DNA from: Selaginella moellendorffii
Taxonomy: Eukaryota > Plantae > Lycopodiophyta
Assembly: GCF_000143415.4 (NCBI RefSeq)
Contig: NW_003314364.1
Location: 531,857 to 595,856, forward strand
DNA: 64,000 bases
Direction of reading: 5' to 3'
Below, piece after piece: positions 63,397-64,000 of this stretch. Numbering within the stretch: the stretch's first letter is position 1; each line of letters begins with the position of its first letter. Made by a program: the position numbers and the translations under genes. Below the pieces are notes generated by a model. That model did not search any database. It worked only from the letters and a program-made list of their open reading frames with translations, and was not told the origin of the DNA.

Positions 63397-64000
63397 ATTT
63401 GAAAGGTAACAGAAAACACACTATCTAGGAAATACACCGACTTAAATGAGTTATAAAATGACCTCTCCTCTATATCTAAAGGTGTTAAGACTTAAACACC
63501 CTTTAACTGTCACCAACAAAGAAATGACTAATGGAGTTTTCCACCTTTGCTACTTTGAGTACCACTCAGCTTACAAAAGAATGATACATCCCGGCCCGCA
63601 AGGATATAGGGAGAGAGCTAGAGGCTCAACTTTCCTTGAGCAAAAAATCAACCTTATCAGGAAGATTTATACAAATATTATAAATTAGTAGATGAAATTG
63701 TTTATACAACCACGCCCCTTTTCAATAATGAGTCAACGAGAGAGGGGTGGGGACTTGTGATCAGTCTATAAGGGTTATCCCCATAGTTATGGATTGAACC
63801 CATGCACTAAAATGCAAAAACTAGACTGCCAAAACTGACCCAAATACTAACGAATGAGAGAAACAAAACTTTGATTTATAGAAATATATTATTTTTATTG
63901 ATTTGCAAAATTTTTTATTAGATTTATAAAAGTTACTATTTATTACGATTCTCATACTCTGTGACAAGCTCACGAGCATATGTAAGATTTCTAAGAGGTT

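Overview
This is eukaryotic land-plant nuclear DNA, almost entirely transposon-derived. Very short introns (47-72 nt) and a Cassandra LTR suggest a lycophyte or fern; that is an inference. The only clear host gene is an intron-containing LRR receptor-like kinase with a degenerate catalytic core (18533-~20700). The rest is nested elements. These include many copies of an apparently non-autonomous LTR family ('family A') whose 1.4-1.7 kb LTRs carry 6- and 11/12-bp satellite arrays, and two decayed Ty3/Gypsy elements nested one inside the other. There are also a 5S-rRNA-bearing Cassandra solo LTR, an internally deleted hAT element and a MITE. The most unusual object is an 11.3-kb DNA transposon (44991-56302) with 24-bp TIRs and a 4-bp TSD (AGAT). 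It encodes a Sola-like DDD transposase with accessory beta-barrel-like domains, plus a divergent multi-exon gene ending in an FCP1/NIF-like HAD phosphatase domain. About 20 copies of a private 22-bp palindrome (ATGGCRTG-N6-CAYGCCAT) are scattered through it, including inside both coding regions. A second, near-identical copy ends at position 1059 in the opposite orientation. All family assignments come from motifs read by eye; no searches were run.
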